Shown in pieces: positions 26,109 to 38,178 of a stretch of 64,000 nt of DNA; the stretch's first letter is position 1, and the number at the start of each line of letters is the position of its first letter. The stretch covers positions 115,384,001-115,448,000 of the forward strand of contig NC_086097.1 in the NCBI RefSeq assembly GCF_963921235.1, given 5' to 3'. The notes below the pieces were generated by a model. The model was not told the origin of the DNA. It ran no database searches and saw nothing but the letters and a program-made list of their open reading frames with translations. The position numbers were made by a program, and so were the translations under genes. This DNA is from Mobula hypostoma (lineage: Eukaryota).

Positions 26109-27065
26109 AACTTGGAAGCATAAATTGGAAACAGATGTTCTCAGGGACGCATACAGAAGAAATGTGGCAAATGTTCAGAGGATATTTGCGTGAGGTTCTG
26201 AGTAGGTACATTCCAATGAAACATGGAAAGGATGGTAGGTTACAGGAACCGTGGTGTACAATGGCTGTTGTAAATCTAGTCAAGAAGAAAAGAAGAGCTT
26301 ACGAAAGGTTCAAAAAACCAGGTATTGATAGGAATCTGGAAGATTATAAAGCTGACAGAAAGGAGCTTAAGAATGAAATTAGGAGAGCCAGAAGGGGCCA
26401 TGAGAAAGCTTTGGTGAACAAGATTAAGGAAATCCCCAAGACATTCTACAAGTATGTGAAGTGAAAGAGGATAAGATATGAGAGAATAGGAACAATCAAG
26501 TGTGACAGTGGAAAAGTGTGTATGGAACCACAGGAAATAGCAGATGTACTTAATCAATACTTTGCTTCAGTATTCACTACAGAAAAGGATCTTGACTACT
26601 GTAGGGATGACTTGCAACAGACTGAAATGCTTGAGCATGTAGATGTTAATGAAGAGGATGTGCTGGAGCTTTTGGAAAGCATCAAATTGGATAAGTCACC
26701 AGGACCGGATGAGATGCACCTCAGGCTACTGGGGGAAGCGAGGAAGGAGATTGCTGAGCCTTTGGCAACAATCTTTGCATCATCACTGAGGACAGGAGAG
26801 GTTTCGGAGGATTGGAGGGTTGCGGATGTTGTTCCCTTATTCAAGAAAGGGAGTAGGGATAGCCCAGGAAATTATAGACCAGTGAGTCTTACATCAGTGG
26901 TTGGTAAGGTGATGGAGAAGATCCTGAGAGGCAGGAATTATGAACATTTGGAGAGACATTATATGATTAGGAATCGTCAGCATGGCTTTGTCAAAAGCAG
27001 GTTGTGGCTTATGAGCCTGATTGAAGTTTTTGAGGATGTGACTAAACACATTGATGAAGGTAGAG

Positions 27066-27640
27066 TCATAGATCATAGTCATAGTCATAGTCATAGTCAT
27101 ACTTTATTGATCCCGGGGGAAAATGGTTTTTGTTACAGTTGCACCATAAATAATAAATAGTAATAAAACCATAAATAGTTAAATAGTAATATGTAAATTA
27201 TGCCAGTAAATTATGAAATAAGTCCAGGACCAGCCTATTGGCTCAGGGTGTCTGACCCTCCAAGGGAGGAGTTGCAAAGTTTAATGGCCAAAGGCAGGAA
27301 TGACTTCCTATGACGCTTTGTATTGCATCTCGATGGAATGAGTCTCTGGCTGAATGTACTCCTGTGCCCACCCAGTACATTATGTAGTGGATGGGAGACA
27401 CTGTCCAAGATGGCATGCAACTTAGATAGCATCCTCTTTTCAGACACCATCGTGAGAGAGTCCAGTTCCATCCCCACAACATCACTGGCCTTACGAATGA
27501 GTTTGTTGATTCTGTTGGTGTCTGCTACCCTCAGCCTGCTGCCCCAGCACACAACAGAAAACATGATAGCACTGGCCACCACAGACTCGTAGAACATCCT
27601 CAGCTTCATCGGCAGATGTTAAAGGACCTCAGTCTCCTCA
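27066..27640 (-). mobile_element. Rex1/Babar-type LINE 3' end with (ACTATG)n tail
   Basis: ORF MFYESVVASAIMFSVVCWG...SHPLH...RHRKSFLPLAIKLCN; (CATAGT)n at 27067-27101; interrupts the CR1 between gatgaaggtagag and tatggatttcagc. Confidence 0.85.
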
Positions 27641-29422
27641 TATGGATTTCAGCAAGGCATTTGATAAGGTACCCCATACAAGGCTTATTGAGAAAGTAAG
27701 GAGGCATGGGATCCAAGGGGACATTGCTTTGTGGATCCAGAACTGGCTTGCCCACAGAAAGCAAAGAATAGTGGTAGATGGTCATATTCTGCATGGAGGC
27801 CAGTGACCCGTGGTGTGCCTCAGGGATCTGTTCTGGGACCCCTACTCTTTGTGATTTTTATAAATGACCTGGATGAGGAAGTGGAGGGATGGGTTAGTAA
27901 ATTTGCTGATGACACAAAGGCTGGAGGTGTTGTGGATCGTGTGGAGGGCTGTCAGAGGTTACAGCGGGACATTGATAGGATGCATAACTGGGCAGAGAAG
28001 TGGCAGATAGAGTTCAACCCAGATAAGTGTGAAGTGGTTCATTTTGGTAGGTCAAATATGATGGCAGAATATAGTATTAATGGTAAGACTCTTGGCAGTG
28101 TGGAGGATCAGAGGGATCTTGGGGTCCGAGTCCATACGACACTCAGAGCTGCTACGCAGGTTGACTCTGTGGTTAAGAAAGCATATGGTGCATTGGCCTT
28201 CATCAATCATGGGATTGAGTTTAGGAGCCAAGAGTTAATGTTGCAGCTATATAGGAGCCTGGTCAGACCCCACTTGGAGTACTGTGCTCAATTCTGGTCA
28301 CCTCACTACAGGAAGGATATGGAAATCATAGAAAGGGTGCAGAGGAGATTTACAAGGATGATGCCTGGATTTGGGAGCATGCCTTATGAGAATAGGTTGA
28401 GTGAACTGTGCCTTTTCCCCTTGGAGCGACGGAGGATGAGAGGTGACCTGATAGAGGTGTACAATATAATGAGAGGCATTGATCATGTGGATAGTCAGAG
28501 GCTTTTTCCCAGGGCTGAAATGGCTAACACAAGAAGGCATAGCATTAAGGTGCTTGGAAGTAGGTACAGAGGAGATGTCAGGGGTAAGTTTTTTACGCAG
28601 AGAGTGGTGAGTCCGTGGAATGGGCTGCCAGCAGCGGTGGTGGAGGCGGAAACGATAGAGTCTTTTAAGAGACTCCTGGATGGCTACATGGAGCTTAGAT
28701 AAATAGAAGGCTATGGGTAAAGCCTAGGTAGTTCTACGGTAGGGACATGTTCGGCACAGGTTGGTGGGCTGAAGGGGGTTTATTGTGCAGTAGGTTTTCT
28801 ATGTTTCTATATATATCAGTGATAATAAACATGATTCTGGTTCTGATTCAATATCCTTGGTCTGGAAAGGTTGTTTACTCAAAGCAACAGAAAGATGACA
28901 AATATTGTTACTATTACCAGAAAAATGTATTCAGTTTGTTATGATATAAAGAAAGATTATAATATATCCTTGTTTATTTATCTTGCATTTTTCTCGCATT
29001 ATTTTCTATCAAGTTAGTCTGAATTCAATTTTCAATCATTTGTGTTAATACTTTACAAAAAATAAAGATATTCTCATTTCATAATTAAAGTTATTACTTT
29101 GTTGAAGGCAAATTTTTTGGAGCAGCAAGTTTCTTGCTTGGTAAGGATATTTATTTCTTACAGATTAAGGTGAATTTGTTTTTTGGCAAATCTACATTTG
29201 ATTAGATTTTACTGGATTTTGCTATGTGCAAGTATTAATGTGCAAGAATAAAAAATGATCATTTGTAAAGTGTATGACTGTTCAAAGTTCCTTCTAACTT
29301 CGAGCTTTCTCAGAATAACATGTGTACTGGAATCACATTGCTCTAAGAACCATTAGAACAGGTCATAACCTCTGCCTATAGTCTTCTGCAAGATCCATTT
29401 TACTAGTACCAGATTACCAAAC

Positions 29423-30774
29423 TGTCATGGTCCAGATCGGGGTCCCTTTAAACTTACTTTGTTTATGTTACGATCCAGACCGTTGACTCCCTGTTTCCCG
29501 TGTCCCTCAGCTTTGGTGATTGGAGGCAATTACTCTCGACAGAACCAGTAGTTTATAGTCTCCGGCTTTCAGCCGTATGGGGCGGGAGCATCTGCAAAGT
29601 CACCAAAGGTATGGCGTGCCAATGTCATCTGGTCGGAGCAAGCCTAGTCTCCGCTCGAAGCCAGCACCGGTAATTTGCCTTTCCTCACCAGAGCAACCCT
29701 GTCAAGTTACCTTGCCAAAGCGAGCCTGCAAAGTTTCCTCACCGAGGTGGGTCCGTCAGTTAACCCGCCGGAGGGAATCAAGAACCGCTGTCTACTGTTC
29801 CTGGGCCAAGTCGAGAGCTTGCCACTACCCGGAGGCTCCAACTCAAGTCCTGGCTCCAAGGGCATTCAAGTTCCAAGTCAAGTCCTGGCCCTGGTGGCTT
29901 CCAAGTTCCGAGTCGAGTCCTGGACCTGGCGGTCTGTGATTCCTGTCCTATCCCCCCATCTGAATCTCTTCTCTGACCCTCTCACCTCTAGCCCTTGTCT
30001 GCAGCCCTCGCCTGCACTTCAGTCTAGTTCTATCGCCGGAGATAGATAGGTACTGTCTGGTGTTCTTTCGTGTTGGTCTTGTCTTGTCCTCGCCTCCGTG
30101 GGCTAAGTCAGGCCATCTTGCCGTTGCTCCATGGGGGGTCATGTCTTGTCTTGTCTTGTCCTCGCCTCTGTGGGGTAAGTCAGGCCATTTTGCCGTTGCC
30201 CCGCGGGGGGTCATGAGTCCCGTCCCTATGTCCTGTACCCAAGGAGGGGTCCTGGCTCTCTGTTCTGTGTGTGAGTCCCGGCCCTATGTTCTGTACCCAA
30301 GGTGGGTTCCCGGCTCTCTGTTCTGTGTGTGAGTCGCGGCCCTATGTCCTGTTCCCAAGGAGGGGACCCGGCTTTGTGGTCTGTGTACGTGTCCATGGTT
30401 CCATGTACCTGTTCTCCAGAGACCGAGGCTCTGTGTTCCCATGTTCCTCCTCTCTCTAGCCCATGTCATGTCCTTGCCTGGTTCTGGGGTCCGAGCCCGA
30501 GGCAAGACCCAGGTACTGGGTCCTTGCCCAGTCTCTGGCTCCGAGTCCTACCCTAGCCTCTTCATGTCTACTCTAGTTCTGGGGTTCCGATTCTGAGTCC
30601 AAGCCCAGACCCTTGTCCCAGCCTAGTCGTAGTCCTGAGTCCTTGTCCAGTTTGCTACTCCTGCTCCTGCCTTGCTCTCCTGGTATCAAACAATAAACTA
30701 AATTGAATTAACCTCATAAGATATGTCTTGCATTTCGGTCCACCCTTGCTCCCAATGCCCTCACCACTGTGACA
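29423..30774 (+). mobile_element. Solo LTR (Gypsy/BEL-type), 1352 bp
   Basis: TGTCA...TGACA termini; 5-bp TSD CAAAC (29418-29422 / 30775-30779); AATAAA at 30692; internal tandem repeats. Confidence 0.88.
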
Positions 30775-31299
30775 CAAACAAAGGTCCTTAAGGTCAACAA
30801 CAAATGCTTTTGATTACCGCTAGCTGAAATTACTTTGCAGAAACAAATTTCTCCACCTAGTAAATGAACAAAAGCAATTTGGAAGAGGATCTTCCTGAAC
30901 GGAAGAATTAACAACTGTTTTGGTAAATTATTTCAGGATTTTGAAAATCAACCTTCCTCTCTGCTATCCCTGAAAAGGACAACTTTGGAGATGATCTCTT
31001 TAAAGCCAAATCTTGTACCTGTATGGGCATAAAGCAGGGCAAATTGTTAGTCCTCATTTGCACTTCAAAATTACTGTATATTTTCTTTTTAACTTAAGTT
31101 AGTTTTAATCAATTTAATTGAACTTTAGAGTGTAAATTGTTTATAGTTCTATAAACAAATTGAACATCCGAGCAATCACATTGACAAGTACACTGATTGC
31201 GCAACAGTGGAGGAGTTCAACACCATCAAAAATGAGATGGCCTACAGAGAGCAAGTGGAAGAGCTCAAGGTCTGGTGCCAGGCAAATAACATTTGGTAG

Positions 31300-33920
31300 T
31301 TTGCCTCCCAGGTGACAGGGTCTGAGCTGTTTCTGGATGCATCCACAATATCCTGAAAAGGGAGGGTGAGCAGCCAGAAGTCGTGGTACATATTGGTACC
31401 AATGGCAGAGGAAGAAAAAGGGAGAAGGTCCTGAAAACAGAGTCCTAAGAGAGGTTGCTGAAGAGATAACGGATGCATTGGTCATGATCTTTCAAGAACC
31501 ACGTGACTCTGGCATGGTCTCAGAGGAATGGAAGATTAAAAATGTCACTTTACTCTTTCAGGTTGGCGTTGATCGCAAGAGAGGGAATTTATTGAAAGCC
31601 TACGAAATGGCATTTTAGAACAGTTTGTGCTTGAACCTACTTGGGGAAAGGCTATCATAGATTGGGTGTTGTGTCAAAACCCAGATCTTATTAGGGAGCT
31701 TAACATAAATGAACCCTTAGGAGGCAGTGATTATAACATGATTGAATTCATACTGCAATTTGAGAGGGAGACGCATATGTCACATGTATTAGTATCGCAA
31801 AGGAATAAAGGGAATTACATTGGCATGAGAGAGGAGCTTGCCCAGGTGGTTTGGAGAGGTATACTGGCAGGGATGACGGCAGAGTGGGATTGACAGCAGA
31901 GCAGAGATGGCTGAAGTTTCTGGGAATAGTTCACAAGGCACAGGAGGAAGAAGTTCTCAAATGGCAGGGATAGGCAACTGTGGCTGACAAAGTAAGTTAA
32001 GGACTGGATAGAAGCCAAGGAAAGGGCATATAAAATAGCAAAAGTGAGTGGGAAGTTGGATGATTGGGAAGCTTTTAAAATCCAACAAAAGACAACTAAA
32101 AAATCTAAAAGAAAGGAAAAATGAAATATGAGATCCGACTAGCCAATAATATAAAGCAGGATACCAAAGGTTTTTTTCAGGTATATAAAATGTAAAAGGG
32201 AGGTGAGAGTTGACATTGGACCACTTGGAAATGATACTGGTTAGGTGGTAATGGGGGACAAGGAAATAGCAGATGTACTTAATGGGTACTTTGCATCTGT
32301 CTTCACTATGGAAGACACTAGCAGTGTGCCAGAGGTCTGTGAGTGTCAGGGAGCAGGAGTGAGTGCCATTGCTATTACAAAGAAAAAAGTTCCAGGCAAA
32401 TGCAAAGGTCTTAAGGTGGATGAGTCACCTGGGCCAGATGAACTACATCCCAGAGTCCCAAGAGTGGCTGCTGAAGAGATAACAGATGCATTGGTTATGA
32501 ATCTTTCAAGAACCACTTGATTCTGGCATGGTCCCAGAGGAATGGAAGATTGCAAATGTCACTCCACTCTTTAAGAATGGAGGAAGGCAAAAGAAAGGAA
32601 ATTACAGGCCAGTTAGCCTAAGCTCAGTGGCTGGGAAGGTGTTGGAGTCTATTATTAAGGATGAGGTTTTGAGGTACTTGGACACTATTGATAAAGTAGG
32701 CCAGCTTCAGCATGGTTTCTGTGAAGGGAAATCTTGCCTGACAAATCTGTGGCAGTGGATGTCATTTATTTGGATTTTCAGGAGGCGTTTGATGAGGTGC
32801 CACACATGAAGCTGCTTAATAAGATAAAATCCTGTGGCTTTACAGGAAAGATACTGGCATGAATAGTGGAATGGCTGACAGGCAGGAGCCAGCGAGTGGG
32901 AATAAAAGAGGCTTTTTGTGGTTGGCTGCTGGTGACTAGTGGTGTTCCTCAGGGGTCAGAATTGGGTCCACTGCTTTTTACATTGTTTGTCAGTGATGTA
33001 GAAAGTTTGTGAATGATACAAAGATTGGTAGGTGAGTAAGTAGTGCTGAGGAAGCAATGCTATTGCAGCATGACTTAGACAAATTGGAAGAATGGGCAAA
33101 AAAGTGGAATACTGAATACAGTGTTGGGAAATGTATGATAATGCACTTTGGTAAAAGGAACAATAGTGCAGACTATTATCTAAATGGGGAGAAGGTTTAA
33201 ACATCAGCAGTGCAGAGGGACTTGCAAGACTCCCAGAAGGTTAACTTATAGTTTGAACCTGTGGCAAAGAAGGCAAGTGGAATGTTGGCAGTTATTTCAA
33301 GGGGAATAGAATATACAAAGAAGGAGATAATGCTGAGCCTTTATAAGACACTAGTCAGGCCACACTTGGAATACAGTCAACTGTTTTGGGTCTATATCTC
33401 AGAAAGGATGTATGTCATTGGACAGAGTCCAGAGGAGCTTCACGAGAATGATTCTGGGAATGAAGGGGTTAACATATGAGGACTGTTTGGCAGCTTTGGA
33501 CCTGTACTCATTGGAATGTCCAAGAATGCGGGGGAATCTCATTGAAACCTTGCAAATGTGGAGAGGATTAGATAAGGTGGATGTGGAGAGGGTGTTTCCT
33601 GTGGATGATATCCAGAACTAGACGGCACAATCTCAAAATTGAAGGGCAACTGTTTAGAACAGAGGTAAGAAGGAATTTTTTAGCCAGAGAGTAGTAAATC
33701 TGTGGAATGCTCTGCCACAGACTGTGGTGGAGGCCAATTCCGTACTATATTTAAGGCGAAAGTTGGTCAATCCCTATCAGTGACAGCATCTAAGAATATG
33801 GCGAAAAGGCAGGTGTATGGGTTTAAGTGGGATCCAGGATCAGCCATGATGGCATGGTGGAATAGATTTGATAGGCTGAATGGCCTAATTCTGCTCTTAT
33901 GTCTTATGGTCTTAAGGTCT
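31300..33920 (+). mobile_element. CR1 with ORF1 esterase fragment and degraded ORF2
   Basis: 31300-31440 encodes EGEQPEVVVHIGTN (SGNH-esterase-like ORF1); RT motifs NYRPVSLS and RPHLEYS; tail cttatgtcttatggtctta. Confidence 0.88.
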
Positions 33921-34340
33921 AATAATCTCTTTCTTAATATCAGCAAGACAAAGGAGATGGTTATCGACTTCTAAAGAACCTGCACCACTCACACCCCCTC
34001 CCCCTTTACCTCAGTGGCACAGCAGTGAAAATTGCATGTAGTTTCAAACTCCTGGAAGTGCCCATCACACACAACCTCTCATCTTTCCAGAACATATCCC
34101 ACACAATCATGAAACCTCACCAATGACTCTACTTTCTGAGGACACTGAAGAGGGTTGGACTTTGCACAATTATACTCATGTCATTCTACAAATAAGCTGT
34201 AGAGAGCATCCTTACAAGCTGCATCACTGCTTGATACAGAGACTGCAATATGGCAGACAGGAAGGCTCCGCAATGGGTAGTCAAAACAGCCCAATGCATC
34301 ACTAGCACCAGCCTACTCGCCATCAAGGACATACTGTTGG

Positions 34341-34582
34341 TGTTGTGTATTAATAATTCTGTCATATTTAAGTAATCTTGTAAATATATTTGATTAAGCA
34401 TTCTTGTTTTTAAATATTTCGTTATGGGTTATATGTATAAATATGTGAATCACGTACATCATCATACTACCATGGGATACATGCATGCCTCACTTAAAGT
34501 AAACACAAAGTTAGACTCTCTTTTTGGATTCCCATGCCTCCCTTTGAATTGGTTTAATGTTTTGAAGTTACAAAACATAATA
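34341..34582 (+). repeat. About 245-bp LTR-like interspersed repeat, copy 1
   Basis: Starts tgttgtgtattaata; aligns end to end with 48357-48603; interrupts a Rex1 element. Confidence 0.6.
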
Positions 34583-34640
34583 TTGCATATATACAGACCG
34601 GTGCCCAGAAAAGGGCCAGTAACATCACAAAGGATCCCAC

Positions 34641-35239
34641 TCACAACACGCTGGAGGAACTCAGCAGGTCGGGCAGCATCCGTGGAAACGATGAGTCGAC
34701 GTTTCGGGCCGGAACCCTTCATCAGGACTGTAGAGGGAAGGGGCAGAGGCCCTATAAAGAAGGTGGGGGGAGGGTGGGAAGGAGAAGGCTGGTAGGTTCC
34801 AGGTGAAAAACCAGTAAGGGGAAAGATAAAGGGGTAGGGGAGGGGAAGCAGGGAGGTGATAGGCAGGAAAGGTGAAGAAGGAATAGGGGAAAACACAATG
34901 GGTAGTAGAAGGAGGCCGAACCATGAGGGAGGTGATAGGCAGCTGGGGGAGGGGGCAGAGTGAAATAGGGATAGAGGAAGGGAGGGGGAGGGAATTACTG
35001 CAAATTGGAGAATTCTATGTTTATACCAAGGAGCTAGAGACTACCTACCAGCCTTCTCCCACCCTCCCCCCCCCACCTTCTTTATAGGGCCTCTGCCCCT
35101 TCCCTCTACAGTCCTGACAAAGGGTTCCGGCCCGAAACGTCGACTCATCGTTTCCACGGATGCTGCCTGACCTGCTGAGTTCCTCCAGCGTGTTGTGAGT
35201 GTTGCTTTGACCCCAGCATCTGCAGAGTATTTTGTATTT
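34641..35239. mobile_element. Penelope fold-back insertion with two HHR motifs and a 14-bp TSD
   Basis: About 155-bp inverted arms (34641-34797 / 35043-35198); TSD ACAAAGGATCCCAC at 34627-34640 and 35240-35253. Confidence 0.92.
34694..34729 (-). ncRNA. Minimal hammerhead ribozyme motif (intact core)
   Basis: AGUC CUGAUGA A GGG UUCCGG CCC GAAAC GUC GACU: stem I, CUGANGA core, stem II, GAAA, GUC triplet. Confidence 0.8.
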
Positions 35240-35727
35240 ACAAAGGATCCCACACACCCTGCTCATGGACTGTTTGTCCCACCCCAATCAGGAAGTGTGG
35301 CATCCATATCAGGACCATCAGACTCAAAAACAGTTACTTTCCCCAAGCAGTAAGGCTGATCAACACTTCCAACCAATAACTCCACCACTACTTTATTATT
35401 TCCTAATGGTCACCTTATGGACAGCCTTGCGTCACTTTATGGACATACAATTAATCTATGTATATAAGGTATCTTATATATTTCATGATTATTATTGTTA
35501 TCATTATTATGTTCTTTATCTTCTGTGGGTTTTATGGTGCTGCATTAGATCTGAGGTAACAATTATTTTGTTCTTACACTTCTGTACAGAAAATGACATT
35601 AAACAATTTTGAATCTTAAAATAAAAATCATTATTTTTAACAATATTTCCATACATGATTTAACTGTGATTTAGAGCAAGCACTTCCAGCTGGGAAGAAT
35701 GGACAAGGAGTTTAGGGAGTGGTTGTG

Positions 35728-35978
35728 TATTGATGTGCAGGAATATGGTTTGACATTAAAAGGTGGAGGCCAAGTCTTTATGTATATTTAAAGCAGATGT
35801 TGATAGATTCTTTATTGGTCAGGGCATGAGGAGATACAGGGAGAAGGCAGGAGACTGGGGCCGAGGGGAAAATCGGATCAGCAATGACCAATCAAGAATC
35901 TATCAACATCTGCTTTAAATATACATAAAGACTTGGCCTCCACCTTTTAATGCCAAACTATATTCCTGCACATCAATA
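35728..35978. repeat. 94-bp inverted duplication at a CR1 3'-fragment junction
   Basis: 35728-35821 is the reverse complement of 35885-35978 with few mismatches. Confidence 0.9.
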
Positions 35979-38178
35979 AACCAAATGGCCTAATTCTGCT
36001 CCTATATCTTACGGTCTTATTTGTTTTTCAATTACGTTATGGAATGTTTACTGATGTCCATCTCTGCTGAGAACAGGCAAATCATAACACATCTTCGTAG
36101 CAAATGGTCATGTGTAAACTGTGGCTAAGTTCTGTAGGAATGGCACATTTCCTGCAATCTTTTCCTGTGTGGTAGATAGATAACTGTTTGCGTCTCTGTG
36201 TAAAGGCAGCAATGGGGAGGTTTGTAACTCCCAATCCTCTGTTCTCTGTGGAGCATCCAGATTGTACAACAGTGTCAAGTACATCACCAGGAACAATGAG
36301 ACGGCCTACAGCGAGGAGGTGGAAGAGCTCGAGGCCTGGTGCCAGGCAAATGACCTCTTCCTTAATATCAATAAGACAAAGGAGATGGTTATCGACTTCA
36401 CATTCTACTTAACATGAAGAAAAGTGAGTTGTCAGCAATACATATGTTTGTCCTCGGTAGGAGAACAGAAAGTTTAACGTCATGTATGTATGTGACTTGT
36501 TTCAAATTTTGATTGGTAATGTTGTGAAGCACCTTTCTATCTCATTATTCTGCCTTCGCTCAATAGTTTTCCCTGTTTTCGTAAGCTAGACAAACAGATA
36601 AACCCCGTCCCGGCGTTGTTATAGTTGAGGGTGGTTTTATTCTTCAGCAATATGTTTCAGTGTGCAAGGAGCCAGTGTGAAAAGACAGTATTTCTTGGCA
36701 TTCTAACGAAAGGCGTATTCAAAGAGTGATTGAATTTATTTGACTTCTAGCAAGTGTTTCTAACTTCTAAATGAAATGGATAAACAATAAAAAATGGCCA
36801 CCCTGATGATGAAAGCTAATGGCTTAGCAATGTGAAAATGAACAATCAACAATAGTGTTGTTGCTGTTACTATCGACACGTGAAAGGCAGTCAGCATGTA
36901 CAATGTTATTGTGACCAGTTCCTTTCTGAGTACCACTGAAATGGCAGATAGAGGAGATGTTGAGGGAGGCGTCCCATTTAAGGAGCCCGGGGAGGAGATA
37001 AGCAAGACAAAAGATGTGAGCCAGACTATACTGGCACTTTTCAGATACTTAGGTCAATTAAATGTCCCTCCAGAGCTACTTGACATCACTACTGCACATT
37101 TTTATGACTTCACAAATGGGAATTTTGTAGCTTTCGACATTCTGAACCTTGTAGTAAATAATGGGAGCATGGAAATAGTCCAGTAGACCCATCAAGCCTA
37201 CTCCCCCATTCAGGCAATTCATGCCCGATCTGTCTCCTAATTTCTTACATCTACTTCTGTCCCATATACCTTCATATCCATGGCTAACTAACCTAGAATT
37301 TAAAATAAAACATTTCACATCAATTATTGTTTAAAAGAGTTCCAGATTTTTAATACCCCTTCCATGTGAAACATTTCCAAAACACCCCTGAAAAATCTGA
37401 CTGTAATTTATAGATTAAGCTTGCCAGTGCTTAATGTCCCAATCAGAAGTACATTCTCTCCACGTGTTTAATTTATTGGAAATTTCAATCAATTAGTACA
37501 AAATTCAAAACTGCAGAAATAAAATTCTAATTTATGCAATCACTTCTAATGCAAAACATTTCTAGACTATTTCGTTGACCTTGTGGTTTCATGTTTTATA
37601 TTCTGAGTTTCTTGCTCATTCTTTTTACCATAAGTGTGATTTGTTCTTGTTATTTTGGCACGTTGGTGGTTTGCTTCAAGTTTTTCTTTGAATTTGTTCC
37701 ATGGTTTTGTTTGTTTCATAGCTGTCTGTGAAAAAATGAATCTCAAAGTTGTATACTGCTTAAATTCTTTGACAATAAATGTACTTTCAATCTTTAAACA
37801 TTGGATTGAAGTTTAATCATTGGATTATGGCTATCTTATTTTTTACTTTTCTTAACAAGTGTATCTCAAACCCAAGAAAAATTACTTCTTCCAATTTCCA
37901 GAAACTCTTACCCAGTGTATTTACCCTCTTACTCTCCATTCTAACCATTTAGATTCTCCCAACCCTTTCCCAGACCACCCTCTAGCCCCCATCACATAGT
38001 TTTGTTCCTTCCTCCACCTGATACCATCCAACTATCACACATACACTTTTCCTGCAGGGTATCCTACCCCAACACCACCTGGCTCCATATTCCCATCATC
38101 CATTACTCCACCTGGGTCCACCTATCACCTGCCAGTCTCCATCTTATCCTTCTTGCTCTCTTGTTTATAGTCGATATA

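Larger units (their letters stand above)
23401..28810 (+). mobile_element. CR1 copy A (ORF2 APE through 3' UTR), interrupted by CR1 copy B and a Rex1 3' end
   Basis: Collinear segments 23401-23868, 26109-27065 and 27641-28810; [39 protein letters not shown]; 323-aa open C-terminal frame; tttctatgtttcta tail. Confidence 0.9.
31200..35615 (+). mobile_element. Rex1/Babar LINE 3' part interrupted by three nested insertions
   Basis: RT piece ...tggtgccaggcaaataac (about 31290) resumes as aataatctctttcttaatatcagcaagac (33921) and continues to a 3' UTR ending about 35615. Confidence 0.75.

Noticed and set aside
30075..30440. Repeat array superficially like CRISPR
   Set aside because: Tandem units without unique spacers, inside a eukaryotic LTR; no cas genes
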